DNA of 64,000 nucleotides from Pirellulales bacterium. Lineage in GTDB: Bacteria; Planctomycetota; Planctomycetia; Pirellulales; DATAWG01. The notes beneath the pieces are model-generated. The model saw only the letters and a list, made by a program, of their open reading frames with translations, did not search any database and was not told where the DNA came from. Of this stretch, positions 9,103 to 17,803 are shown one piece after another. The stretch spans positions 231,529 to 295,528 of the forward strand of contig CAVTYW010000027.1 in assembly GCA_963738955.1 (NCBI GenBank). The letters run 5' to 3'. Every line of letters begins with the position of its first letter. Position 1 is the stretch's first letter. Position numbers and translations under genes: made by a program.

Positions 9103-10026
9103 ATGACGACTCCCGAACAACCTGTTGCGCCGATCGTCGCCGTGCCGCGACGGAGTCGGCCGCTGCGCGGGGCGTTGATTCGCGGTTTGGGCGTGCTGCT
9201 GCCGCCGCTGTTGACGATCGTGATCCTGGTTTGGATTTGGCAGACGGTGAAATCCTACGTGCTTCAGCCTGTGACGGCCGAAATCGGCGACGTGATCACG
9301 TTGTCGATCAAGGATGTTCGCACGGAATTGCCCGACGCTTTGCCGACCGAGCAGGAAGGCGTTTTTGTTTCGCACGGCGTTCGCTATCGGCAATTGGAGA
9401 GCCGCGAGTTCGTGCCGCAGGATGTTTATTCGGTCGCGCTGCGCGGGCTCGGTTCCGCGGAGCCGCCGACGACCGGCTGGGGCGTTTATCGCCGCTATGT
9501 CGAGACGGAATATCTGCGGCCGATTGTCGTCATTCCGGTTTTTTTGGTCGTGTTCGTGACGCTGATGTATTTGCTCGGCAGCCTCGTTGCCGCGGGCGTC
9601 GGGCAGGTCGTGTGGGGCTACGTCGAGGATCTGATCACGCATCTGCCGATGATCCGCAAAGTGTACGGGGCCGCGAAGCAACTCACCGACTACATGCTCA
9701 CCGAGAAGCCGCTGGAATTCAAACGCGTCGTGGCTTTCGAGCATCCGGCCCGCGGGCAATGGCAGATCGGCTTCGTGGCCGGCGAGGGCTTTGCGGAAAT
9801 CCGGAAACTGGCCGGCGAGCCGGTGCTGGCGGTACTGGTTCACGTCAATCCGATCCCGGTGAGCGGCTATGTCCGGCTCGTGCCAAAGAGCCAGATCATG
9901 GACCTCGATATGACCGTCGATCAGGCGGTCCACTACATCGTCAGCTTCGGCGTCGTCCTGCCGCCGCAGCAATTGCCGAAGAAGGCGGCGGCGACGGAAA
10001 GCCACGCAGGACTTTCGCGACAGTAG
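9103..10026 (+). CDS. DUF502 family membrane protein
   Basis: Intact 307-aa ORF with LIRGLGVLLPPLLTIVILVWIW, HLPMIRKVYGAAKQL, FKRVVAFEHPARGQWQIGFV, VNPIPVSGYVRLVP and MTVDQAVHYIVSFGVV, which match the DUF502 pattern as I remember it. Confidence 0.75.
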   Translation: MTTPEQPVAPIVAVPRRSRPLRGALIRGLGVLLPPLLTIVILVWIWQTVKSYVLQPVTAEIGDVITLSIKDVRTELPDALPTEQEGVFVSHGVRYRQLESREFVPQDVYSVALRGLGSAEPPTTGWGVYRRYVETEYLRPIVVIPVFLVVFVTLMYLLGSLVAAGVGQVVWGYVEDLITHLPMIRKVYGAAKQLTDYMLTEKPLEFKRVVAFEHPARGQWQIGFVAGEGFAEIRKLAGEPVLAVLVHVNPIPVSGYVRLVPKSQIMDLDMTVDQAVHYIVSFGVVLPPQQLPKKAAATESHAGLSRQ

Positions 10027-10039
10027 GCAACGGCCTACG

Positions 10040-10294
10040 TCAGATTGATGCGGTCGGGCCCTGTGAAATCGGGGAAGAAGCATCGTCTTCGTCCTGGATC
10101 TCGGCGATCTGGTCCCCGGACAGATTCAGGCTGCCGGGCTTTGCGGACCGGACAAGCGGAAGTTCGATCCTGCCTTTGGACGTATCCGGCTGCACGGTCG
10201 GTGCGATATTTCCTGTCACCGCGGTTCCCTCGGGCAACCGCAGTCCACCTTCCAAGACAACGACACCGTTGTGTACTCGACCTTGAAGAGTCAT
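10040..10294 (-). CDS. Small antitoxin-like protein with no adjacent toxin gene
   Basis: Internal ATG gives MTLQGRVHNGVVVLEGGLRLPEGTAVT...ELPLVRSAKPGSLNLSGDQIAEIQDEDD. This layout is typical of the short antitoxins that precede PIN toxins in Planctomycetes and cyanobacteria. No toxin ORF follows it. Confidence 0.45.
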   Translation of the reverse strand: MTLQGRVHNGVVVLEGGLRLPEGTAVTGNIAPTVQPDTSKGRIELPLVRSAKPGSLNLSGDQIAEIQDEDDASSPISQGPTASI

Positions 10295-10397
10295 GCAATC
10301 ATTTTCGACCGGCTGCCAAGAGAAATCAAGGCGGCGGTCGCTGACGGCGCTTGAAACCGCCACAGCTTCGGATTAACACGGCACGAATTGAGATTGT

Positions 10398-10913
10398 TCA
10401 AGGCCCGTTTTTCGCGGCTCGATCGCATTCGAGATTCGGAACCGCAATCGCTCCCAAATCGCGGTTGGGCACGGAAGTGCCGAGGGCCGATCTAACATTA
10501 TCGAAGGCGAAGAACAACCGCATCAGATTGTCCATCGCGCGCGATTGCATGTGAGTCCCACCGATCCATCGCGAGATCGTCTCGGGCGCCACGCCGATAC
10601 GATCGCCAAGTTCTTTTTGTTTCAAGCCGAACAACCGCAATCCATCGCGAATTTGCGCGGGAGACAAGAGGCTAAGATGATCGCGGAGCGCCTGCGAGAC
10701 TTGGTCGTCTGTTGCATTGCTAAAGAAAACCTCGCCGCACGCGGCACACTTGTTAACCTCCAGTGCGGGGATTTGAAACGAGTACAACCGGCCGTCGTGC
10801 TTGACCTCGGCGTCGTAAGGGATCGTCGCGGGATAGACCCGAGTCTGGCCGCACTCCGGGCAGTGCCGAGGGAAGGGTTTGTCGCTGGTTTCGATTGACT
10901 TCTGCACTCCCAT
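10398..10913 (-). CDS. MqsA-like protein: YgiT-type zinc ribbon + XRE helix-turn-helix
   Basis: CPECGQ...(33 aa)...CAACGEVFF zinc ribbon, then LSPAQIRDGLRLFGLKQKELGDRIGVAPETISRWIGGTHMQSRAMDNLMRL (HTH_XRE). Start taken at MGVQKS (CAT at 10911-10913). Confidence 0.7.
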   Translation of the reverse strand: MGVQKSIETSDKPFPRHCPECGQTRVYPATIPYDAEVKHDGRLYSFQIPALEVNKCAACGEVFFSNATDDQVSQALRDHLSLLSPAQIRDGLRLFGLKQKELGDRIGVAPETISRWIGGTHMQSRAMDNLMRLFFAFDNVRSALGTSVPNRDLGAIAVPNLECDRAAKNGP

Positions 10914-10924
10914 CGTCGATTCCC

Positions 10925-11812
10925 CTAATCTAAACCCAGCGACTTCCAGTCCATTAGGCAATCAGGTGTGCAGGACAGCATCTCTGGGAGCATCTGACAG
11001 CGAGCCACGGTTCGTTTGTGTTGGCGATCCAATTCCCTTAATAGAAGTTCAACGGTCTGTCGCTCCGTCGGCTCGCTGAGTTGCTTTAAGGCGGCCGACA
11101 ATCGCTGGCCGAGATAATCGGCAGTCAAAATCTCGCGCAGAAACTCGACGTTCGGCTCTTGCCACCGCTCATCGAAGCCGACGCTATCGAAGCCCCAAAG
11201 GCGGGGCGGTCCGCCACCTTGATTGCAATTCCACGGCGCGAAAATCGGGTTAGTTGAGTCAGAACAGATCAGGCATGATGCATATTGAGCAACCGCGCGA
11301 GCGTGTCCGATCGTCGGAGCCGCCCACACAAGCTGCCAGAGGGCACGCATATCCGCCGCAATAACGCCGAAGCTCGCAAATCGTTCAAACCACAAATGGG
11401 TATCGGATTTTCCCTCGATCCGTAACAGTCGCTCATGGCTGATCCTTTCATACAACGCATCGCGCATGAACGATACCACGGCATCACGTTGATCGGCCGC
11501 TAGATGACCCTCAATGAAGTCGGTCGCAGCCAGGTGTGCATGGAGGTAATGAGGAAACCAGCTTTCGCCCGCCAGTTCCTCTCGCCAGATTCTGAGCATC
11601 TTCGGCAGCAGGTAGCGGAAGTCATCCTCCCCGCCGGTCGTTAGATAGTAGCCAACATAGCCCGAAAAATCATCGGCCGACAAAGTGTACGGCTTGGCGT
11701 CGAGGAGCCTCTGGATTTGCTGGGCCGTGGCGTCGACTCCATAAAGATCCCCGCGCACTTCAGTTGGCTTGGACACGTCTCGGAAAGCGAGCTCGAGTGA
11801 GGCGAGTGACAT
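10925..11812 (-). CDS. Hypothetical 295-aa helical protein, 11 nt upstream of the MqsA-like gene
   Basis: Intact ORF with no signal peptide or TM segment. I recognise no family (MSLASLELAFRDVSKPTEVRGDLYG...YLLPKMLRIWREEL...). Confidence 0.55.
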   Translation of the reverse strand: MSLASLELAFRDVSKPTEVRGDLYGVDATAQQIQRLLDAKPYTLSADDFSGYVGYYLTTGGEDDFRYLLPKMLRIWREELAGESWFPHYLHAHLAATDFIEGHLAADQRDAVVSFMRDALYERISHERLLRIEGKSDTHLWFERFASFGVIAADMRALWQLVWAAPTIGHARAVAQYASCLICSDSTNPIFAPWNCNQGGGPPRLWGFDSVGFDERWQEPNVEFLREILTADYLGQRLSAALKQLSEPTERQTVELLLRELDRQHKRTVARCQMLPEMLSCTPDCLMDWKSLGLD

Positions 11813-11833
11813 TTGCAGATAGCGCGAGATTAT

Positions 11834-14800
11834 TTACGGCTTCGGACGCTGCGACAGCAAATATCCCATCAGATTGTAGAACTCCTTCTCCGTCAGAATA
11901 TCCGCGACATTCGCCGGCATCGGCGACAGCGGCAGCACGCGGCGTTCGGCGACGTCACTCTTGGCGATTTGCGATTCCTTGCCTTGATTGTCTACGAGCA
12001 CGACGGTTTGGCCTTCTTCTCGCACGACGAGGCCGGAGAGATTGCGGCCGTCGGTGGTTTGAATTTGCGTGACGCGGAAGGCCTGGTCGACGACTCGGTT
12101 CGGGTCTAGCACGTCTTCCAGCACCCGATCCAGGCCGCGGATGCCGATGCCGTCGAGATCGGGGCCGACTTTGTGGCCTTCGCCGCCGATGCGATGGCAG
12201 TTCGCGCAGATCTTCTTGAACGCCTGTTGGCCGAGGGCCAGATCGGGCTTGAAGCGCGAATAGCCGTCGCGGCGCTGTTGGATCAATTGGTCGAGCCGAT
12301 CGTCGCCTTTGGGGAGTTTGGCGGTGAGGGCTTTGACTTGGCCGTCGAGATCGGGAATGCCTTGTCCGCCGAGGCGGCTCATCACGGTCGGCTCGCGCAG
12401 CAAGCGGGCCGAGGCTTTGCCGTCGCGAACGGCCGCAAGCAGAAGCGTACCGCCGGTGCGGCTGCCGGCCAGGCCGGCGGCGATATCGACGGCCAGGCGT
12501 TCCGGCGCGGCCTGCAAGCGACGCAACAGTTCATCGTGTGCCGCTGGGGAGTTGATCGCGGAAAGAGCTTGCGCCGCTTTCTGGCGGATGCTGAGTTGCT
12601 CGCCGCCACGAGCGACGACTTCACTCAACAGCGCGACCGATCGATTGGCATCGAGCGCGACGCAAGCATCCGTCGCCGGGCCACGCAAATTCGGCCATTG
12701 CGAGTCGGCCGAGCCGGTTGCGATTGCCGCTAACGCACCAAATTGTCCGACCACATGCCATTCTCGCGCGAGTTCGATTCCTTGATTCACGCGCCCTTCG
12801 TCGGTCGGCTTGCCGTTCAACAATCGACCGGTGATTTCGACGGCCCAGGCCTGAAAATCGTCGGGCAGATTGCCTTGCCCTTGCTCTTGCATCCCCTGGC
12901 GGACCGCGCGGAGCAAATCTCGCTGCTCGTTGACAGGCGTCTTGTCGCTATGCCAATTTCGCAATGCCACGAAAAGCTTCGGCAACTCCGGCGGCGGCAG
13001 ATAGCGGGCGACATGATGCACTAAATCGGCCAGCCGGCTTTCGTCGTGCGATTGTCGCGGATCGCCCACGATCGAGTCGATATGGTGGACGAAATTCTGG
13101 TCCTTGGGAACGACCCCGATGTATTCCAGCAAGAATCGCGCGGCGTCGGGCTCGGGCACGCCAAGGCTGACCTCAGCCATCCGTCCGCCCAAGACCAGAT
13201 CGCTGCCGGGAATCGAATCGCCTTTCAATCTCTCGTACATGCCCGGCACGGCCAGTTGATCGCGCAGCGCGATGCGGCAAACGTGGATCAGATGCGTGTC
13301 TTCGGGAGTCGTGCGGCCCCAAAGGTCGGCGAGCAGCTTGATGTTTTCGATCTGCGGATGCCGGCCGAGAGCTTCGGCGGCGGCGCGGCGCACGAATGGG
13401 TCGATGTCGTTCAACTTCTCGCGGACCAGTTTGAAGAGATCGAGTTTTTCCTTATCCCAATCGGGCCGCTCGGCGAGCGCGCCGACGAGATGCACGCGGA
13501 CCAATTGTTCGGGATCGGCAGCAAGCTTCGTGACGAGCTTGTCGTCGAGCGCTCCGAGCCGCTGCAGCACCCATAAGCCATGCGCCCGCTGCGTCGGCGT
13601 CGATTTGTCGCTGGACAATAGTTCGACCAGCGGCGCGACGGCCGCCTGACCGATGCGGTCGACGATTTCGTTCGTGGCGAGGGTGCGGACGGTGAGATTC
13701 GTGTCCGCCAGCCGGTCGATCAACTGAGAAACTGACATGGCGGCCAAATCAGGACTCTTGGTGGTCGGCGCGGCCGGATGATCCTTCGTGCCGACGTACA
13801 CGATCCGCCAAATCCGCCCATGATCGTGGTCGCGGCCCGGATGCGTCAGCGGCACTTCGTAATGCCCGATGATGCGGTTGTAGAAATCGGCGACATACAT
13901 CGCGCCATCCGGACCGAGTTTCAAATCGACCGGGCGGAACCATTGGTCGTCGCAACTGAGAAAATCGTCGGTGCTTTCCGCCCAAAACGACGAGCCGCGC
14001 GGCAACAGCCGATCGTGGTTGATGCGATGCGTCACCGGGTTGCCGATGAACATCGTGTCGCGATATTCCTTGGGGAATTGCTCGGCCGCGTAGTAGACGA
14101 TGCCCGCGATGGCCGACGAGCCGTGCATGTGGTCGATCATGATCGGGCCGAAGCCAAGGCCGTCGTCGGGCTTGCCGAAGCTCGGATAATAGGCCCCGCG
14201 GAGATGCAAATAGATCGGCATCGTTTCGCAATCGGTGACGAACATGTTGCCCAGCGGATCGAAGCACATCCCGAAGGGATTCACGCGGCCGTGCGAAAAG
14301 TATTCGAGGTGCGAGCCGTCGGCGCGCATGCGATAGGTGTTGCCCGACTGCATGTGGATTTTCCAGCCGTCGGCGCCGGAGACGGTGTCGTCGTTCGAGT
14401 AGCCGTGGTTGGCGTAGACCCAGCCGTCGAGGAAGCGGGTGAACGAGCCGTTCATGCCGTGCGTATCGTTATGTTGAAACTCGCCGTAGAGGATTTTCCG
14501 CTCGGTGACGTGGCCGACGTGGCCGGGATCGGTGCAAAGATAAATGTTCGGAATGCTATAGACGATGACGCCGTCGGGAACCGGCGTGACGCCGATGGGG
14601 ATATTCAGGCCGTCAACATACGTGCTCATTTTGGTCGCGTGGCCATGCTCATCGACGCCGTCGATGATCGTCACGGTGTCGCGGCCGGTCGTGCCGGGCT
14701 TGGCGGGAAACGGATATTCGACCGACTGCGTGAAATAGAGCCGGCCACGGGAATCGAAATTCAAATTGATCGGCTTGCGAACTTCCGGCTCGGCAGCGAC

Positions 14801-14971
14801 CAATTGGATCTCGAAGCCGGGCGGCAGATGAAATTTTTTCAGCTCCTCGGCCGGCGAAAGGGGCGGGGCGTCAACGATATTCGGATCGGCGTGCGCGAGG
14901 CGATTGGCGGATAGGGTGAGGGTTAAGCTGGCGAGGATCGCAACATGTCGAATAATGGAGTGCAAGCGCAT
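11834..14971 (-). CDS. PVC-type membrane-bound dehydrogenase domain / HEAT-repeat / cytochrome-c protein (1045 aa)
   Basis: Intact ORF with a signal peptide. LKKFHLPPGFEIQLVAAEPEVRKPINLNFDSRGRLYF is dehydrogenase-domain-like. A long HEAT-like middle follows (DPFVRRAAAEALG). The C-terminus carries the heme site CANCHRIGGEGHKVGPDLDGIG. Confidence 0.85.
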   Translation of the reverse strand: MRLHSIIRHVAILASLTLTLSANRLAHADPNIVDAPPLSPAEELKKFHLPPGFEIQLVAAEPEVRKPINLNFDSRGRLYFTQSVEYPFPAKPGTTGRDTVTIIDGVDEHGHATKMSTYVDGLNIPIGVTPVPDGVIVYSIPNIYLCTDPGHVGHVTERKILYGEFQHNDTHGMNGSFTRFLDGWVYANHGYSNDDTVSGADGWKIHMQSGNTYRMRADGSHLEYFSHGRVNPFGMCFDPLGNMFVTDCETMPIYLHLRGAYYPSFGKPDDGLGFGPIMIDHMHGSSAIAGIVYYAAEQFPKEYRDTMFIGNPVTHRINHDRLLPRGSSFWAESTDDFLSCDDQWFRPVDLKLGPDGAMYVADFYNRIIGHYEVPLTHPGRDHDHGRIWRIVYVGTKDHPAAPTTKSPDLAAMSVSQLIDRLADTNLTVRTLATNEIVDRIGQAAVAPLVELLSSDKSTPTQRAHGLWVLQRLGALDDKLVTKLAADPEQLVRVHLVGALAERPDWDKEKLDLFKLVREKLNDIDPFVRRAAAEALGRHPQIENIKLLADLWGRTTPEDTHLIHVCRIALRDQLAVPGMYERLKGDSIPGSDLVLGGRMAEVSLGVPEPDAARFLLEYIGVVPKDQNFVHHIDSIVGDPRQSHDESRLADLVHHVARYLPPPELPKLFVALRNWHSDKTPVNEQRDLLRAVRQGMQEQGQGNLPDDFQAWAVEITGRLLNGKPTDEGRVNQGIELAREWHVVGQFGALAAIATGSADSQWPNLRGPATDACVALDANRSVALLSEVVARGGEQLSIRQKAAQALSAINSPAAHDELLRRLQAAPERLAVDIAAGLAGSRTGGTLLLAAVRDGKASARLLREPTVMSRLGGQGIPDLDGQVKALTAKLPKGDDRLDQLIQQRRDGYSRFKPDLALGQQAFKKICANCHRIGGEGHKVGPDLDGIGIRGLDRVLEDVLDPNRVVDQAFRVTQIQTTDGRNLSGLVVREEGQTVVLVDNQGKESQIAKSDVAERRVLPLSPMPANVADILTEKEFYNLMGYLLSQRPKP

Positions 14972-15199
14972 CGGGGGAATCTCGTTGGGCGGTTTCTGGG
15001 TGGGACGGGGTGGGAGAGCGGTCGGCCAAGTATCTTAAAATAACCTCGGGAGAAGCGACGCGAAACCCAGCAGCGAGGGAAAACTTTGGCGGAGAGCAGG
15101 GCCGGGACGCGCGAAGCTGCAAGCGAGCCGCGGGACGCTGCTTGCTGGACGGGGTGCCACGCCAATGTCGTTGCGTGGGAGTGACGTTGCGGGCTACAG

Positions 15200-15473
15200 T
15201 CAATCGACCGTCGGAAACATCGACCAGACGAGCCAGATTAGGAAGACAATCCCCGCACATAGAATCGTCCTGCGGAAGATCGTGCCGATCCCCGCGGCGG
15301 CGACCACGTAGCCGGCTCCGCAAATGCCCTGGTAAACGCCCCTCCCCGTTCCGTCTTCCATAACAACGTCGTGGTAATAGTGGGCGGCGCAGCACGAAAA
15401 GCGCCGTCGTGATGCAGAACAACGCCACCACGACCAAGAGCCGTCGAATCGAGATTTGAAACGGTTCGTCCAC
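15200..15473 (-). CDS. Possible small membrane protein, one frame break
   Basis: MDEPFQISIRRLLVVVALFCITTALFVL (ORF 14871-15473) joins AHYYHDVVMEDGTGRGVYQGICGAGYVVAAAGIGTIFRRTILCAGIVFLIWLVW (ORF 15200-15550) if one indel near 15385 is allowed. Confidence 0.25.
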
Positions 15474-15509
15474 GGCCGCATTATACCAGCAGTGCTGAAT
15501 GTCTTCACG

Positions 15510-17513
15510 TCAAACACTCCCGACAGTGTAGTACGAAAAATCCTTGCCAATCGTGTTCCAACTAACCCACTCCGTGACGGCCTCGCCGGAATTGATGTCG
15601 GTCGCGTTGTGCGGATTGATGATTTCGAAAAGTTGGCTGCTGGCGTTGTAGGCCAAGACCATGTAGAAGTGGTTCGACACGAAACCCGGATCGGGCGGAG
15701 TGTCTTTCGACAGCAGCATCAGCGCTTTGCCGGAATTGAAGATGCCGGCAAGAGTCGTCGTGATCGAGGCCGAGGGGCCGTTGAGTGCGGTATCGCTCGC
15801 CGATTTTCCGGTGATCTGGCTCCAGGCCGTCGATGCGTAGCCGATGCCGATTCCCGCGTAGGTGTTTGTGTTGTCTTGTCCGATCCAGGCCGATTCGTTG
15901 ATTTGGGCATACGCCTTTTCGGCCAGCGCGACCCACAGCTCGTTGCCGGAATTGTTGAACATGTTCTTGACGACGGTGGTCGAAGGCTCGGTGAAACCCC
16001 AGCCGGCGAAGAAGGCGGTGCCGCTATTCGTCACGACCGGTAGTTCGCCGTTCACGGTGACAAACGCTTCCGAGCTGCCATTGTAGAAGCGGACGCTGTA
16101 GGTGCCGTCGCCGTTCACGATGAACATATTGGTCAGCGACTGCGGCGAATGCATGGCCGCCTCGCCGAGCGCCGCCATGAAGTAGCAATCGTCAACCGAG
16201 CCTTGATCGACGTCGTAGTAGTTGACGCCGTTGACGAACAGGCTGCCGCTGACCTGCTGATAGGCCACGGCCGTGGTGCCGGTGTTGCCAATCGCAGGCA
16301 GATCGGTTCCCTCGAACCATTTGTCGACCAATTTGTTGAGTTGGGTCGCGCTGCTGCCGGATTTCAAATTTCCCAACACGCCGCCCTGATAATGGGCATT
16401 GGCCGTATTGCCATCGACGACCTGGGTAAACAGGTAATTGACATCGGCCGGCTTTTGCAGAATCGTGCCAACCATTTTTTGCAGGTCGGAAAACTCGTTC
16501 GCGCTGACCGTGCCATCTTGAGCCACTTCGTTGAACAGGTTCAAAGCGTCGCCGCGATCGAAGAGCATGTCGCGATATTCGACCCGCGCCAGCGAGCGAA
16601 CCGTCGGATCGGCCAGATTGCGATCGAACCAATCGAAATTCTCCGGGTTGTCAACGACGCCCTCGGTCGGGCCGTAGTCTTGGTAGAGCTTGTTGTTTCC
16701 GGTGTAGTCGATGAGCACGTCGGTGCCGGCTTCGCCGAATGCGAATCCATTGCTTGCCTCGGCGTATAGGTTATCGTTTCCATTGCCGCCGAACATATAA
16801 TCCTTGCCGCCCGCGGCGCCGTACAGCGCATCGCTGCCGTCGTCGCCGAACAGCATGTCGGTGCCGACGCCGGCGATCAGGATGTCGTCGCCGGCCCGGC
16901 CATCGATGTAGTCGTTTCCGGCGCCGGTGCCGCCGTACAAGACATCGCCGCCGCCGCCGCCGAGCAGCACGTCGTTGCCGGCGCCGCCGTCGGCAAACAT
17001 GGTGATCGACGTTTGGTTGTCAACATAGTCGTCGCCGCCGAAGGTTTGCACGTTAAGATGATTGACGCTGGCCCGGGCGAATTCATAGGTCAGTGGCAGC
17101 CCTACGTTCGAAATGACGACTTTGACCATGTCGTCGGCCGTCGAGGCGGTGCCCTTGGTGTCGATCGAGATGGTGATGGTGTCGTTGGTGGAGTCGGTTC
17201 CCTGGACATAAACCGTTCCGGACGGATCGAGCCACGCGGTTCCCTTGGAGAACAAGGGATTGATTCCGACCTGATTGATCGGACCGACTAACGACGTCGA
17301 TTTCAATGCGGAGGTGTTGACGGGCGAAACCGTCGCAGTCAACCCGCTGGCCGACGAGGCGACGATTGCAGCCGACGAAATCGAGCCCGCCGTGGGAGCC
17401 TTCACCAATTCATTTTGGGCGATGAGCGAGCCCATTTGCGGGCTGACTGATAGCATCCGGCGATCATCCAATCGCTCGAAGCGCAGGGCACGTTTATTGA
17501 TGGGGCGTTTCAT
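15510..17513 (-). CDS. Secreted RTX (hemolysin-type Ca-binding repeat) protein with a C-terminal calpain-like cysteine protease domain
   Basis: Intact 667 aa. The N-terminal RFERLDDRRMLS motif is common in Planctomycete secreted proteins. GGAGNDVLLGGGGGDVLYGGTGAGNDYIDGRAGDDILIAG nonapeptide repeats. The block DQGSVDDCYFMAALGEAAMHSP resembles the calpain (C2) catalytic Cys region. Confidence 0.8.
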   Translation of the reverse strand: MKRPINKRALRFERLDDRRMLSVSPQMGSLIAQNELVKAPTAGSISSAAIVASSASGLTATVSPVNTSALKSTSLVGPINQVGINPLFSKGTAWLDPSGTVYVQGTDSTNDTITISIDTKGTASTADDMVKVVISNVGLPLTYEFARASVNHLNVQTFGGDDYVDNQTSITMFADGGAGNDVLLGGGGGDVLYGGTGAGNDYIDGRAGDDILIAGVGTDMLFGDDGSDALYGAAGGKDYMFGGNGNDNLYAEASNGFAFGEAGTDVLIDYTGNNKLYQDYGPTEGVVDNPENFDWFDRNLADPTVRSLARVEYRDMLFDRGDALNLFNEVAQDGTVSANEFSDLQKMVGTILQKPADVNYLFTQVVDGNTANAHYQGGVLGNLKSGSSATQLNKLVDKWFEGTDLPAIGNTGTTAVAYQQVSGSLFVNGVNYYDVDQGSVDDCYFMAALGEAAMHSPQSLTNMFIVNGDGTYSVRFYNGSSEAFVTVNGELPVVTNSGTAFFAGWGFTEPSTTVVKNMFNNSGNELWVALAEKAYAQINESAWIGQDNTNTYAGIGIGYASTAWSQITGKSASDTALNGPSASITTTLAGIFNSGKALMLLSKDTPPDPGFVSNHFYMVLAYNASSQLFEIINPHNATDINSGEAVTEWVSWNTIGKDFSYYTVGSV

Positions 17514-17651
17514 GGCTCGATGGTTTGGTTAGAGGTTCCCGATGGCAGACAATTCGATGCGCTAATCTGCTTAGCGGGAAGCGCGGCGAAGTGTTACGCC
17601 GGAATCGGTGCGGCGCAAAAAAATCGGGGAGCAGTCCGCACGTTTTGCCCT

Positions 17652-17776
17652 GTGAGCGGCAAGGCGCTAGCCGCCGGTGCGATAGACGCATGGTTCGACC
17701 GATGAGATGGCAATCCTTGCTTGGCGGGCGGCCAGCGCGGGTCGGACCACCGGCGGCTAGCGCCCTGCCGCTCACC
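17652..17776. repeat. 28-nt inverted repeat (1 mismatch) with a loop of about 68 nt
   Basis: GTGAGCGGCAAGGCGCTAGCCGCCGGTG (17652-17679) against CACCGGCGGCTAGCGCCCTGCCGCTCAC (17749-17776), in the gap between the protease gene and the CorC gene. Confidence 0.8.
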
Positions 17777-17803
17777 GTGCTAGCGCCGCGGGCTCGTGGG
17801 CGT

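Noticed and set aside
14871-15165. Remainder of ORF 14871-15473 and ORF 14923-15165 overlapping the 5' end of the 1045-aa dehydrogenase gene
   Set aside because: They overlap the start region of a strongly supported gene and a REP variant (15106-15128). Only the N-terminal TM part near 15385-15473 looks protein-like, and it is reported separately at low confidence.
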